This document shows, in pieces, positions 36,801 through 45,680 of a DNA stretch of 64,000 bases (position 1 is the stretch's first letter; each line of letters starts with the position of its first letter). Source of the DNA: Octopus bimaculoides. Lineage: Eukaryota. The notes under the pieces were generated by a model. The model was not told the origin of the DNA and ran no database searches. It saw nothing but the letters and a program-made list of their open reading frames with translations. Both the position numbers and the translations under genes were made by a program. Where the stretch lies: assembly GCF_001194135.2 (NCBI RefSeq), contig NC_069006.1:6077411-6141410 (forward strand), read 5' to 3'.

Positions 36801-37367
36801 GAATTTTATTTAACAAGTTTAAAGTGTATTTCTTTTGTGCCATAAACCATTTACCATTTCTGTGATGCTCCCACTTTCCTTTCCCTTGATGCCCTAAGCA
36901 TGTGCTTATTTTGCTCAATGGTTAATCCAGCACTGGCTCCATAGGAGGCAAAGGGCTTCAATAAATATGCAAACATCAAGGAGCCACATTAACCATATTT
37001 CCTTTTGGGATGTCAACCATTCTAGAATCGCTCCTTCCCTGCCTCACAAACATATTTCTTGCACACGGCAACGTTCCGATTGGATAGAAACGACATCAAT
37101 ATCAACAGTGTCAAAGGACACAGAACCCTCTTTAAACCCTCTTTAAACCCCCTAAAAAAAGTAGCACCTTTACCTGCCATGGTCGTTGCTGCTGTTACTA
37201 TTGACACTTCCTGTCGTCGGTTCAACTCCTTTGGGCGAAATCTTACAGCATTTGGAATGCAGGCAGTTTTTATCACAGGAGATGTCACATTTGTGGTTGC
37301 GAGATTTAACACGTTTCTCTTGGTATTCGATTAAGTGTTGAACAATAGCTTCAACTGTGTCTTGGAT
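546..37367 (-). CDS. CAMTA: Calmodulin-binding transcription activator (CAMTA), 5'-partial: join of 37367-37174, 36052-34888, 33034-32908, 28508-28371, 23856-23765, 22046-21862, 19858-19783, 18599-17630, 16115-15764, 13929-13751, 12815-12667, 10413-10217, 9264-9187, 753-546
   Basis: Manual splicing gives one open frame (4110 nt, 1369 aa plus stop); every intron is GT-AG with matching phase. Domain order TIG ([23 protein letters not shown]), [10 protein letters not shown] coil, ankyrin ([13 protein letters not shown]; CTPLMWACAKG), [15 protein letters not shown] and [19 protein letters not shown] followed by IQ motifs is diagnostic of animal CAMTA. Confidence 0.95.
989..1356 (+). mobile_element. 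Family-A SINE (tRNA-like head, internal GT repeat, ends gaaacaagtaaaa)
   Basis: Shared blocks gtggctgt.tggtaagaag, ggttcagt, gccccagc.tggccacagtc. Further copies at ~3165, 14085, 27205, 29100, 33165, 33650, 40042, 57975, 59478 and 61435. Confidence 0.8.
4400..5270 (-). mobile_element. Old RTE-like LINE remnant interrupted by a SINE
   Basis: Minus strand reads [15 protein letters not shown] (RTE ORF2-like AKEEWIEE motif); many stops. Confidence 0.45.
4754..4900 (-). mobile_element. 5'-truncated family-B SINE with 11-bp TSD
   Basis: acttctaaatt at both 4743-4753 and 4901-4911. Confidence 0.85.
5728..5842 (-). CDS. CAMTA: Candidate CAMTA cassette exon with two donors (31 nt, 5842-5812; or 115 nt, 5842-5728)
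   Basis: Pyrimidine-rich acceptor ...ctggtgcag|A is open in the phase 2 left by exon 9264-9187. Donors CAG|gtcagt and CAG|gtagta are both phase 0. GC-rich island with a GCA poly-Ala tract in an otherwise AT-rich intron. Confidence 0.62.
6849..7057 (-). mobile_element. Family-B SINE, full length
   Basis: Same unit; abuts (AAT)n at ~7062-7090. Confidence 0.8.
8121..8326. mobile_element. Degenerate hAT/Charlie-like MITE
   Basis: Left end caatggttctcaacct resembles CAGTGGTTCTCAACCT; the right end is degenerate. Confidence 0.35.
8339..8606. mobile_element. Fully palindromic fold-back MITE (~268 bp)
   Basis: Arms pair from ttgtgtctggggagagtcat / atgactctccccagacacaa inward to a 4-nt loop (caaa, 8471-8474), with an A/T-rich mismatched middle. 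Confidence 0.85.
9187..9264 (-). CDS. CAMTA: CAMTA exon [25 protein letters not shown]
   Basis: Long polypyrimidine acceptor ...cttccaaccag|G, donor AG|gtaaaa; 78 nt, phase 2 to 2. Completes the last IQ-like motif. Confidence 0.85.
10217..10413 (-). CDS. CAMTA: CAMTA exon: IQ motifs 3-5 ([22 protein letters not shown]...IIQQRF)
   Basis: Acceptor cctctccag|TAT, donor AG|gtgagg; 197 nt, phase 0 to 2. Confidence 0.94.
10981..11290. repeat. Two tandem diverged copies of a ~170-bp AT-rich repeat (probable MITE left ends)
   Basis: Blocks aatac..tttgtttcaattaattttgaaaatactg..taactt..ttattaa..aaattttga..tagatcactt occur twice. Confidence 0.55.
12667..12815 (-). CDS. CAMTA: CAMTA exon: IQ motifs 1-2 ([21 protein letters not shown]...[14 protein letters not shown])
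   Basis: Acceptor ttgttgcag|AT, donor CAG|gtgggg; 149 nt, phase 1 to 0. Confidence 0.95.
13057..13260. repeat. (TATG)n compound microsatellite
   Basis: Directly visible; sits ~240 bp upstream of the IQ1-2 exon acceptor. Confidence 0.95.
13341..13535 (-). mobile_element. Family-B SINE
   Basis: attcttttctactctaggcacaaggcc...cgaccccgaaaggatgaaagg...gagctcagaac. Confidence 0.8.
13751..13929 (-). CDS. CAMTA: CAMTA exon [10 protein letters not shown]...[10 protein letters not shown]
   Basis: Acceptor ggctttcag|T is the well-formed site matching phase 2; donor G|gtatct; 179 nt, phase 2 to 1. Confidence 0.9.
15764..16115 (-). CDS. CAMTA: CAMTA exon containing [17 protein letters not shown]
   Basis: Acceptor tttcttcag|AT, donor CG|gtaagt; 352 nt, phase 1 to 2. 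Confidence 0.93.
16335..16717 (+). mobile_element. tRNA-derived SINE, near full length
   Basis: A-box tggcccagtgg (16350-16360) and B-box-like gtttcaattcc (16394-16404), followed by a GC-richer body ending ...gacagagttccaaca. Confidence 0.72.
17630..18599 (-). CDS. CAMTA: CAMTA exon: ankyrin repeats followed by poly-Pro/poly-Ser/poly-Gly low-complexity region
   Basis: Acceptor catttcag|ATG, donor G|gtaagg; 970 nt, phase 0 to 1. Starts [18 protein letters not shown]...[19 protein letters not shown]. Confidence 0.94.
18875..19235 (+). mobile_element. 3' end of an RTE-type LINE with two C2H2-like zinc fingers and a (TATG)n tail
   Basis: [22 protein letters not shown] and [20 protein letters not shown], a short 3' UTR, then (TATG)-type repeats. 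No splice context or upstream start. Confidence 0.62.
19783..19858 (-). CDS. CAMTA: CAMTA exon: ankyrin linker ([25 protein letters not shown])
   Basis: Acceptor tttctttcag|A, donor CTG|gtaaga; 76 nt, phase 2 to 0. Confidence 0.94.
21862..22046 (-). CDS. CAMTA: CAMTA exon: first ankyrin repeat (...FEWRLV...[24 protein letters not shown])
   Basis: Acceptor tttcattttag|CCA, donor AG|gtaata; 185 nt, phase 0 to 2. Confidence 0.94.
23765..23856 (-). CDS. CAMTA: CAMTA exon: coiled segment [31 protein letters not shown]
   Basis: Acceptor atttctgcag|AA, donor CAA|gtaggt; 92 nt, phase 1 to 0. Contains the conserved LERLEQ motif. Confidence 0.93.
24600..25975 (+). mobile_element. Head-to-tail array of six ~215-bp SINE copies (family B) separated by (ATT)n
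   Basis: Repeated unit gctggcagaatc..ttagc...ctgagttcaaattc...tttgcctttcatcctttc...aagtaccag...ccttgtgcct at ~24600, 24771, 25040, 25262, 25519 and 25766; gap at 25418-25518. Confidence 0.88.
27205..27600 (-). mobile_element. Family-A SINE
   Basis: Reverse complement of the same blocks. Confidence 0.78.
27964..28250. mobile_element. piggyBac-type MITE (279 bp plus TTAA TSD)
   Basis: ttaacatgttaactgccaca (27964-27983) is the exact reverse complement of 28231-28250; both ends are TTAA. Confidence 0.82.
28371..28508 (-). CDS. CAMTA: CAMTA exon: end of TIG ([12 protein letters not shown]...LFEYKAREK...QQDWFSVD)
   Basis: Acceptor tttctttgtag|CA, donor G|gtgaga; 138 nt, phase 1 to 1. Confidence 0.93.
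29100..29487 (-). mobile_element. Family-A SINE
   Basis: Reverse complement of the same blocks. Confidence 0.78.
32908..33034 (-). CDS. CAMTA: CAMTA exon: TIG/IPT core ([42 protein letters not shown])
   Basis: Acceptor ctcttaacag|GGC, donor G|gtttgt; 127 nt, phase 0 to 1. Not in the ORF track; found by reading the minus strand. Confidence 0.95.
34463..34770 (-). mobile_element. Family-C SINE (aggaagggcatccagc core, (GAT)n tail)
   Basis: catcatcatc...tttaacgtccgctttccatgctggcatgggttgg...gctggatgcccttcctaacgccaac. Further copies at ~1570, 9690, 11625, 14940, 31290, 31520, 32040, 41375, 45040, 49100, 53200, 58308 and 60738. Confidence 0.82.
34888..36052 (-). CDS. CAMTA: CAMTA large exon: poly-Ala, Ser/Thr-rich, poly-Gln activation region and start of TIG domain
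   Basis: Acceptor cttccttttttcag|G, donor GAG|gtaggt; 1165 nt, phase 2 to 0. Ends [12 protein letters not shown]. Confidence 0.93.
36120..36480 (+). mobile_element. RTE-like LINE 5' remnant
   Basis: ggggtcaacaaccctaactagaaaaa resembles the RTE 5' motif GGGGCTAACAACCCCACCCTGTAAAA (recalled). Confidence 0.35.
36503..36935. mobile_element. hAT-type MITE (433 bp)
   Basis: TIRs cagggccagattaa / ttaatccagcactg (11/14 match); 8-bp TSD gctctata vs gctccata (7/8). Confidence 0.8.
37174..37367 (-). CDS. CAMTA: CAMTA exon: linker just after the CG-1 domain ([27 protein letters not shown]...[12 protein letters not shown]...NDHG)
   Basis: Acceptor tttcccccccag|ATC, donor AG|gtaaag; 194 nt, phase 0 to 2. 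Resembles the vertebrate CAMTA1 segment EQLVQQILDSHQ...RTHNC...RIISPKVEP (recalled). Confidence 0.88.
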
Positions 37368-38252
37368 CTGGGGGGGAAACAAAACAAAAAAAGAACAAAG
37401 GAAACCCAATCAGTTAAAAAAAAACAACAAAAAACAAAACAAAACGAAACTCCAGATATTTTATTGAATTCAAATTCTGATGATTGATGAATATCTTTAC
37501 ATGAAACTCTCAACAATAATGAATCCATAGCAGTAGCAACAACAACAATAAAAAAAACAAAAAACAAAAGCAGTTGACTTCAATGGAAGCATCAAAGGAG
37601 ATCAGACAATGAAAATCTAAGAGATAAAGGATATTTGCAATTAAGAAAAACAAGATACAATCTTTTTATATTTTTCTATGTTTTCTTCTCGTCAAACATT
37701 TTAACATTTCCTCTTTCCAACCTCTTCTTTTGTTTTTTGTTTTTTTCTCCTCCTCCCTCTGTTTCTTTGCTTCTCCTCCTCCTTCAACCATGCACCCCCC
37801 ACCCCAAATCCATCCTCCCACCACCACCACCACCACCACCACCTCAGTCATGCTTATCTTTTCTTCTTACTCAGTCTTTTATGTTCCTTCATGTCTTATC
37901 TCAGATGTTGTTCCATTTTCCAATGGGTTCCTTGTGACATTTTGATCAATTAGAATCTGACACAGTCATCACCGTCATCATCATCATCATCATCATCATC
38001 ATTATAGTCGTCATCACTATGGTAATGATGATGATAACCATCATAATCATAACTGCCATGCCAACGTCATACCATCATTGCCACACCACCACCACTGTCA
38101 TCATCATCATCATCAAGAACAGACCAGCAATAAGAAGATAGCAACACTGCTGTTGCTTTACACCATTGAATAACATCATCATCGTCATCATCATCATCAC
38201 CACACCCACCACCTTAACCATCATTTATGCCACCACTAATCATCATCTAGAA

Positions 38253-38466
38253 CAAACAACATCCCCACTAACCACACTTAAAACTGCAGGCCATGGGCCT
38301 AAATCAGAAATTGCTATCACAGTTCAAAGAATTTACCAAAAAAAAACAGGAGAGAAATGAGTTTTTGAGATGATAAGACGACAAACTTGGCGCAAAGCAA
38401 CGTAAAACTCCTGGTTGAACAAGAAGGGCTGGTACACTGATTCCACCAAATACACAGCTATAGGAA
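38253..38466 (-). pseudogene. Near-identical duplicate of 32775-32987 (3' 71+ nt of the TIG exon plus its donor and ~130 nt of intron)
   Basis: Direct alignment by eye: 214 vs 213 bp, 3 substitutions and 1 extra A in an A-run; same orientation as the source. Confidence 0.93.
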
Positions 38467-38879
38467 AAGACTTGTTATGAGAAGATAACAACAATCGTTT
38501 TATACCATTAAACCACATCACCTATCAACACCATGTATGTTTCAAGACTCCCTATTCTCTATGTTTACAGGGCAAAAGCTCATAGTTGATTCATTTGATC
38601 CTAGTTTATTATTAGTATTGTTTTGAGTGCAGAAATATGAATGACCTCAACGAGACACGAAACATGATGAATTTCTAGAAACGAGGGATTTTCTGCAATG
38701 GTTTGAGTGGGTATGTTGGTATAATGGTAGCACACTTCTTATGGAAACAGAGAGGTGTGGGTCTGAGTCCCATGAGTACGGAAAGCCCACTTTTCTCCAT
38801 TGAGGGCTTTTATGCCCCAATATTAGACTATCTTCTTTAGTCAGTGCACAGTGAACACTTTTAAGCTTTAAGCTTCTGA

Positions 38880-38924
<45 letters not shown>

Positions 38925-38926
<2 letters not shown>

Positions 38927-39226
38927 GGTAATGTAAAAGGAGAAAGGGCTCTATACCCCTTTCTTATTTTTTCTGACCAGGCTCCCGCGGTTTTATGGGT
39001 TTTTCCACGTGTAACCTTTCCTTTTTCGAAGCGCCTCCCCCTTTGGGAGTTCTACTTATTTATTTATCTATTTATTCATTATATCTTTCTCCGTTTTCTG
39101 CCTCTGTTTAGACGAACTTTCCTACCTTTTCGGACAAAACCCATTGTAACCTTCGTCCTGTCTTTGTCTTTAGATGTTTTTAATTGATATTAGCCCTTGT
39201 GGCCAATAAAACGAATTAATTATTAN
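38925..39226 (+). mobile_element. Probable LINE 3' UTR ending in AATAAA, running into a gap
   Basis: Pyrimidine-rich tract ending ...cccttgtggccAATAAA (39205-39210); begins right after (TTA)n. Confidence 0.35.
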
Positions 39227-40010
39227 NNNNNNNNNNNNNNNNNNNNNNNNNNNNNNNNNNNNNNNNNNNNNNNNNNNNNNNNNNNNNNNNNNNNNNNNNN
39301 NNNNNNNNNNNNNNNNNNNNNNNNNNNNNNNNNNNNNNNNNNNNNNNNNNNNNNNNNNNNNNNNNNNNNNNNNNNNNNNNNNNNNNNNNNNNNNNNNNNN
39401 NNNNNNNNNNNNNNNNNNNNNNNNNNNNNNNNNNNNNNNNNNNNNNNNNNNNNNNNNNNNNNNNNNNNNNNNNNNNNNNNNNNNNNNNNNNNNNNNNNNN
39501 NNNNNNNNNNNNNNNNNNNNNNNNNNNNNNNNNNNNNNNNNNNNNNNNNNNNNNNNNNNNNNNNNNNNNNNNNNNNNNNNNNNNNNNNNNNNNNNNNNNN
39601 NNNNNNNNNNNNNNNNNNNNNNNNNNNNNNNNNNNNNNNNNNNNNNNNNNNNNNNNNNNNNNNNNNNNNNNNNNNNNNNNNNNNNNNNNNNNNNNNNNNN
39701 NNNNNNNNNNNNNNNNNNNNNNNNNNNNNNNNNNNNNNNNNNNNNNNNNNNNNNNNNNNNNNNNNNNNNNNNNNNNNNNNNNNNNNNNNNNNNNNNNNNN
39801 NNNNNNNNNNNNNNNNNNNNNNNNNNNNNNNNNNNNNNNNNNNNNNNNNNNNNNNNNNNNNNNNNNNNNNNNNNNNNNNNNNNNNNNNNNNNNNNNNNNN
39901 NNNNNNNNNNNNNNNNNNNNNNNNNNNNNNNNNNNNNNNNNNNNNNNNNNNNNNNNNNNNNNNNNNNNNNNNNTATATATACACACAGAGACACACACAG
40001 ACACACACAG

Positions 40011-40041
<31 letters not shown>

Positions 40042-40043
<2 letters not shown>

Positions 40044-40505
40044 GGCATGGCTGTGTGGTAAGAAGTTTGTTTCCCAACCACATGGTTCCAGGTTCAGTCC
40101 CATTGCATGGCATCTTGGGCAACTGTCTTCCACTATAGCTGACCAAAGACTCGTGAATGAATTTGGTTGGCTGAAACTGGAAGAAGCCCCATTGTGTATA
40201 TATATATATATATAAAAACACAATATGTGTGTGTGTGTGTGTGTGTTTGTGTTTGTTCCCCACCACTGTTTGACAAATGGTGTTGGTGTGTTTATGTCCC
40301 CATAACTTAGCGGTTCAGCAAAAGAATCTGATAGGATAAGTACTAAGCTTAGCAGAAAAATTAAGTCCTGGGGTTGATTCATTCAGCGAAAATTCTTCAA
40401 GACATTGCCCCAGCATGGCCACAGTTTAATGACTGAAACAAGTAAAAGATGTTGATAGATAGATAGATAGATAGATGGATAGATAGATAGATAGATAGAT
40501 AGATG

Positions 40506-40604
<99 letters not shown>

Positions 40605-40625
40605 GGATAGATAGATAGATAGATA
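40042..40625 (+). mobile_element. Family-A SINE with expanded (GATA)n tail
   Basis: Full body 40042-40450 runs directly into ~170 bp of (GATA)n. Confidence 0.82.
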
Positions 40626-41374
40626 TGTAGGTAGGTAGGTAAGTAGCAGATAACTAGATTGNNNNNNNNNNNNNNNNNNNNNNNNNNNNNNNNNNNNNNN
40701 NNNNNNNNNNNNNNNNNNNNNNNNNNNNNNNNNNNNNNNNNNNNNNNNNNNNNNNNNNNNNNNNNNNNNNNNNNNNNNNNNNNNNNNNNNNNNNNNNNNN
40801 NNNNNNNNNNNNNNNNNNNNNNNNNNNNNNNNNNNNNNNNNNNNNNNNNNNNNNNNNNNNNNNNNNNNNNNNNNNNNNNNNNNNNNNNNNNNNNNNNNNN
40901 NNNNNNNNNNNNNNNNNNNNNNNNNNNNNNNNNNNNNNNNNNNNNNNNNNNNNNNNNNNNNNNNNNNNNNNNNNNNNNNNNNNNNNNNNNNNNNNNNNNN
41001 NNNNNNNNNNNNNNNNNNNNNNNNNNNNNNNNNNNNNNNNNNNNNNNNNNNNNNNNNNNNNNNNNNNNNNNNNNNNNNNNNNNNNNNNNNNNNNNNNNNN
41101 NNNNNNNNNNNNNNNNNNNNNNNNNNNNNNNNNNNNNNNNNNNNNNNNNNNNNNNNNNNNNNNNNNNNNNNNNNNNNNNNNNNNNNNNNNNNNNNNNNNN
41201 NNNNNNNNNNNNNNNNNNNNNNNNNNNNNNNNNNNNNNNNNNNNNNNNNNNNNNNNNNNNNNNNNNNNNNNNNNNNNNNNNNNNNNNNNNNNNNNNNNNN
41301 NNNNNNNNATATATATATAATTTTCTTTTTTTAAAAAGAAATTTAAAGTGCCTATGTGATAATGGTAAAGCTAC

Positions 41375-41646
41375 TTTTGGGCCTCCTGTGCCTGTGGCAT
41401 GTAAAAAGCACCATCTGAATGTGGCTGATGCTAGTACTCCCTGACGGGCCCCCATGCTGGTGGCACATAAAAAGCACCCACTACACTCTTGGAGTGGTTG
41501 GCGTTAGGAAGGGCATCCAGCTGTAGAAACATTGCCAGATCAGATTGGAGCCTGGTGCAGCCTTCTGGCTCTCCAGACCTCAGTTAAATAGTCCAACCCA
41601 TGCCAGCATGGAAAGCGGACGTTAAATGACGATCATGATGATGATG
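41375..41646 (+). mobile_element. Family-C SINE
   Basis: ...ggagtggttggcgttaggaagggcatccagctgtagaaac...gcatggaaagcggacgttaaatgac, then (GAT)n. Confidence 0.82.
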
Positions 41647-43559
41647 ATATATTATATGTATGTGTGTATATATGTTTGTGTGTGCATGTTTTTGTTTCTG
41701 CAGTTATTCTGATGTTGTAGAAAGAATCAGCAGTGTGGGGTCTGAAAACATCTGGGGTTTTGACAGTGACTGGCACAATGTGATAGCAGCCCCGGTGAGG
41801 CTCCTGTATGAACTGAAGAGAAACTTTGCTGCTGCTGCTGCTTCAGTAATCTGGCAATATTTAATGATGATAAAACAGTTCTACTTTACTTGGAAAAATT
41901 ATCTTAATTCTCTTAAACCCCAGACCTAAAAGAACCTACCACACTACATATAACCCCACTCTGACCTGCAGGTCAGCTGTGTCCTCTCTGGGCCTTTTCC
42001 ACTGCTACTGTAATGGCCTCTGCTCCGAGGATTTGATTGGACTTAGGCTGTCTCTGCTCAGTCACTCTCATCTTCCTCATCCCTCCCTCATCTCCCCCAT
42101 CACTGCATTCTCCCTCACCAGTTCCACCCAGTCCTTCCTTCCTTAGGTATCATCCCTCTGGAACTCCCTCCTGGTTCGGGTCTTTTTTGCAGGCGTTGAT
42201 TTACAAATGTTCAACAAGAATATTAATAACATCAATCTCAGTGAACAAAGGCTATGGGCATGGGCCCCTTCATCAGCATCCAGCAAACGAAAATAATAAC
42301 AAACATATACAACACTGTGAGTCTGTGTATAGTGTAGCTATTAGAGAGGTAGTGAGAGAGAGAGAGGGAGGAAAGAGAGGATGGAATGAGAGAGGGGAGA
42401 GAGAGAGAGAGAGAGTGGAGTGAAACAAAGAACAAAAAAGAAGAAATGAAGGAAGAAAGAAGATTGAAAATGAAAGTAGAGAGAAATATTGTCAAGAAGA
42501 AGGAAATGAAAGAATAAGAGAGAGAGAGAGAGAGANNNNNNNNNNNNNNNNNNNNNNNNNNNNNNNNNNNNNNNNNNNNNNNNNNNNNNNNNNNNNNNNN
42601 NNNNNNNNNNNNNNNNNNNNNNNNNNNNNNNNNNNNNNNNNNNNNNNNNNNNNNNNNNNNNNNNNNNNNNNNNNNNNNNNNNNNNNNNNNNNNNNNNNNN
42701 NNNNNNNNNNNNNNNNNNNNNNNNNNNNNNNNNNNNNNNNNNNNNNNNNNNNNNNNNNNNNNNNNNNNNNNNNNNNNNNNNNNNNNNNNNNNNNNNNNNN
42801 NNNNNNNNNNNNNNNNNNNNNNNNNNNNNNNNNNNNNNNNNNNNNNNNNNNNNNNNNNNNNNNNNNNNNNNNNNNNNNNNNNNNNNNNNNNNNNNNNNNN
42901 NNNNNNNNNNNNNNNNNNNNNNNNNNNNNNNNNNNNNNNNNNNNNNNNNNNNNNNNNNNNNNNNNNNNNNNNNNNNNNNNNNNNNNNNNNNNNNNNNNNN
43001 NNNNNNNNNNNNNNNNNNNNNNNNNNNNNNNNNNNNNNNNNNNNNNNNNNNNNNNNNNNNNNNNNNNNNNNNNNNNNNNNNNNNNNNNNNNNNNNNNNNN
43101 NNNNNNNNNNNNNNNNNNNNNNNNNNNNNNNNNNNNNNNNNNNNNNNNNNNNNNNNNNNNNNNNNNNNNNNNNNNNNNNNNNNNNNNNNNNNNNNNNNNN
43201 NNNNNNNNNNNNNNNNNNNNNNNNNNNNNNNNNNNNNNNNNNNNNNNNNNNNNNNNNNNNNNNNNNNNNNNNNNNNNNNNNGTGTGTGTGTGTGTGTGTG
43301 TGAGACTGTGTGGGAAATGGTGAGCAACTGGCACAAGTGTTTTTGCTTTCATAGAGTCTTTCATGGTTTTTTTTTTTTTGGAGAGGGGTACAGGGTGTTT
43401 GTAATTCAGACAAAAATACATGAGAAATAAAAGCAAAAACAAAATAAAATCTAAAGTAAAACAAAAACAAAAAAAACTAAGTAAATGTTTTCTTCAAAAT
43501 AATTTTCCAATAATATTAATAATAATAATAATGATACTAGAAATAATAGCAAATATTTT

Positions 43560-43980
43560 GCTCAATAACATGGCTTGTTCCTTAGGAGCTGACGATATAA
43601 GAAGCTTTGATCATAAGCAGGGGTAGTTGGGGAGCATCATAGTCATGTGTTGAGACAAATTCTTTGGGGTTTGAGTAATTCACCTCTGGAAACACCAGGG
43701 GTTTCGTTAATCATCCTTAAACGACCCTTATTCAGGGACCTTTTGAGCAGGATGGGCTACTCAACCTGAAGAAAATTCTAACTGGGCCCCCCCTTGTAAG
43801 CTCATGCGCTGTTTATCTTGATATGAGATCACCATGTCACGCACATACGGTTGTGATGGATGTGCCTGGTGTACCCTTATCAGACGGGTAGTCATGATGG
43901 GTATACTGGGCTTTGTATATTTGTACCTCAGTGTCAGTTTGATGGCAGGCACTGCTCTCTCACTCAATAATAATGATAAT
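43560..43980 (+). mobile_element. 3' end of a non-LTR element with an (AAT)n tail
   Basis: GC-richer block inserted after an AAT run and ending ...ctctctcactcaataataatgataat; family not identified. Confidence 0.45.
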
Positions 43981-45332
43981 CCTTTCTAGTAAAGGCACAA
44001 GGCCTGAAATTTGGTGAGAGGGGACTAGTTGATTATATCGACCCCAGTGTGTAACTCTTGGTGGAATTTGAACTGAGAATGTAAAGACAGACGAAATGGT
44101 ATTAAGCATCTTGTCAGGCATGCTAACCATTCTGTCAGCTCAGTATTATAATAATATAATAGAATATTAACAATAAGAGCATTTCTTTATCTGCCTCATC
44201 ATACTGAAAGAAGAGAGAAAGCAACACTGAGTGAGAGAAGGTGACAATATTATTGTCACCTTTTCCTCGCTTCCTAATAATTACTAAATAATTACTAAAT
44301 ATAAACGAGTCTGTCACCAACAGAAGGCAATAGCTAGTGTAATCAGGTATAAAAAATACATTAGAAAACTCACTCCCTCTCTCTTCAACAAGAACCATGC
44401 CAGATGTCAACGATACTTGAAATAAGAAAGAAAGAAAGACATGACTTTCTATGGGAAATTCTAAAATTCTCAGGACTTGTACAGACTTTCGACTAACAAT
44501 CAATATTTATTGATTTTTTAAATTTATTTATTTATTTATGTACATATATATTTTATTGTTAATATCTTATGTAATCTAATATTGCGTATGGAAACTAACC
44601 AATATTATATCCAGTCTCGGCAGCAAGTTCTATGCCGGCTGATATCGAAACTATTCTTGTAGCAGAATACAAAACTTAAGACAATATCACTGATGAAGAG
44701 AACATTGTGGTTGCACGGTGAGAAGTTTGCATTCCAACCACATGATTGACCGGAGGCTATAGTAGAGGACACTTGCGATGCAGTGGGACTGGGCCCAGAA
44801 CCATGTGGTTGGGAAGGAAACTTCTTGCCACACATCCACACCTATAATAAGTTGAATTTGGGTTAGGGTTAGGGTTAGGGGATGGAAAAAAGATATGTAT
44901 ATTTTCACTATTTATTGTTACATTTTAAAATTTAGAATAGCTTTCTAAAATGCTATAATGTTTAATATATATATATATAGCACCCGTGAAATCATAATGG
45001 TGGCTCTTGCCAGTAGCATGATCTTCAAATGTTGGGCCTCATGGAGGTGACAGGTGACTCAGACCTTTGGGAACATGGTGTGCTTGAGAAGGGTCACCAA
45101 GCCAAGTGAAATCATAGTCACGGCTGTTGCCAGTGTCATGTAAATAGTACCCATGCTGGTGGCACAGAAAAAGCACCCATTACACTCTTGGAATGGTTGG
45201 CATTAGGAAGGGCAACCAGCCATAGAAACCATGCCAAATCAGACTGGAACTTGATGCAGCTCTCTGGCTTACCAGTTCCAGTCAAACAGTCCAATCCATG
45301 CCAGCATAGAAAGCAGACATTAAATGATGATG

Positions 45333-45377
<45 letters not shown>

Positions 45378-45519
45378 TTGTTGTTTTATCAAGATACTCT
45401 GGCATCTAGTTGTCAGGTCAGTGATCTCATCACAGGTTAGCGAGATCTGCTACTGGTACCATGGAAACCAGTACCACCAGTCCATGGTCAAGTGGTCAGT
45501 GACTAAACTGGTTCCCCTA

Positions 45520-45680
45520 CTTGAATAGCTTGCTACTCTTGTGAGGAGGATGTCTGGCTACCCCAGCAGGATGAGTTCCTTGTTGGCCAACGGTCATCCA
45601 GGAGGGGAAGGTAATGGCAAACCATTCCAATATCTTTGCTGACGAAACACTCTGAGAAAGTCAGAAGGAAATAATGTGAT
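45520..45680 (+). mobile_element. RTE-associated 5' motif fragment
   Basis: ggaggggaaggtaatggcaaaccattccaatatctttgct resembles the RTE/BovA-type GAAGGCAATGGCAAACCAC motif. Confidence 0.4.

Noticed and set aside
41660-42330. GC-richer blocks tested as missing CG-1 exons
   Set aside because: No frame gives CG-1 motifs and stops intervene; probably decayed LINE sequence.
39170-43470. Long ORFs full of X (also at 5.4, 6.2, 12.0, 46.3, 52.5, 53.6 and 62.2 kb)
   Set aside because: Artefacts of N-gaps flanked by dinucleotide repeats.
44605-44700. Possible hammerhead ribozyme (hairpin, GAAAC, later CTGATGA)
   Set aside because: In the type II order stem III lacks the NUH cleavage triplet and stems I/II do not close; at best a decayed remnant. 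An Infernal search with hammerhead models would settle it.
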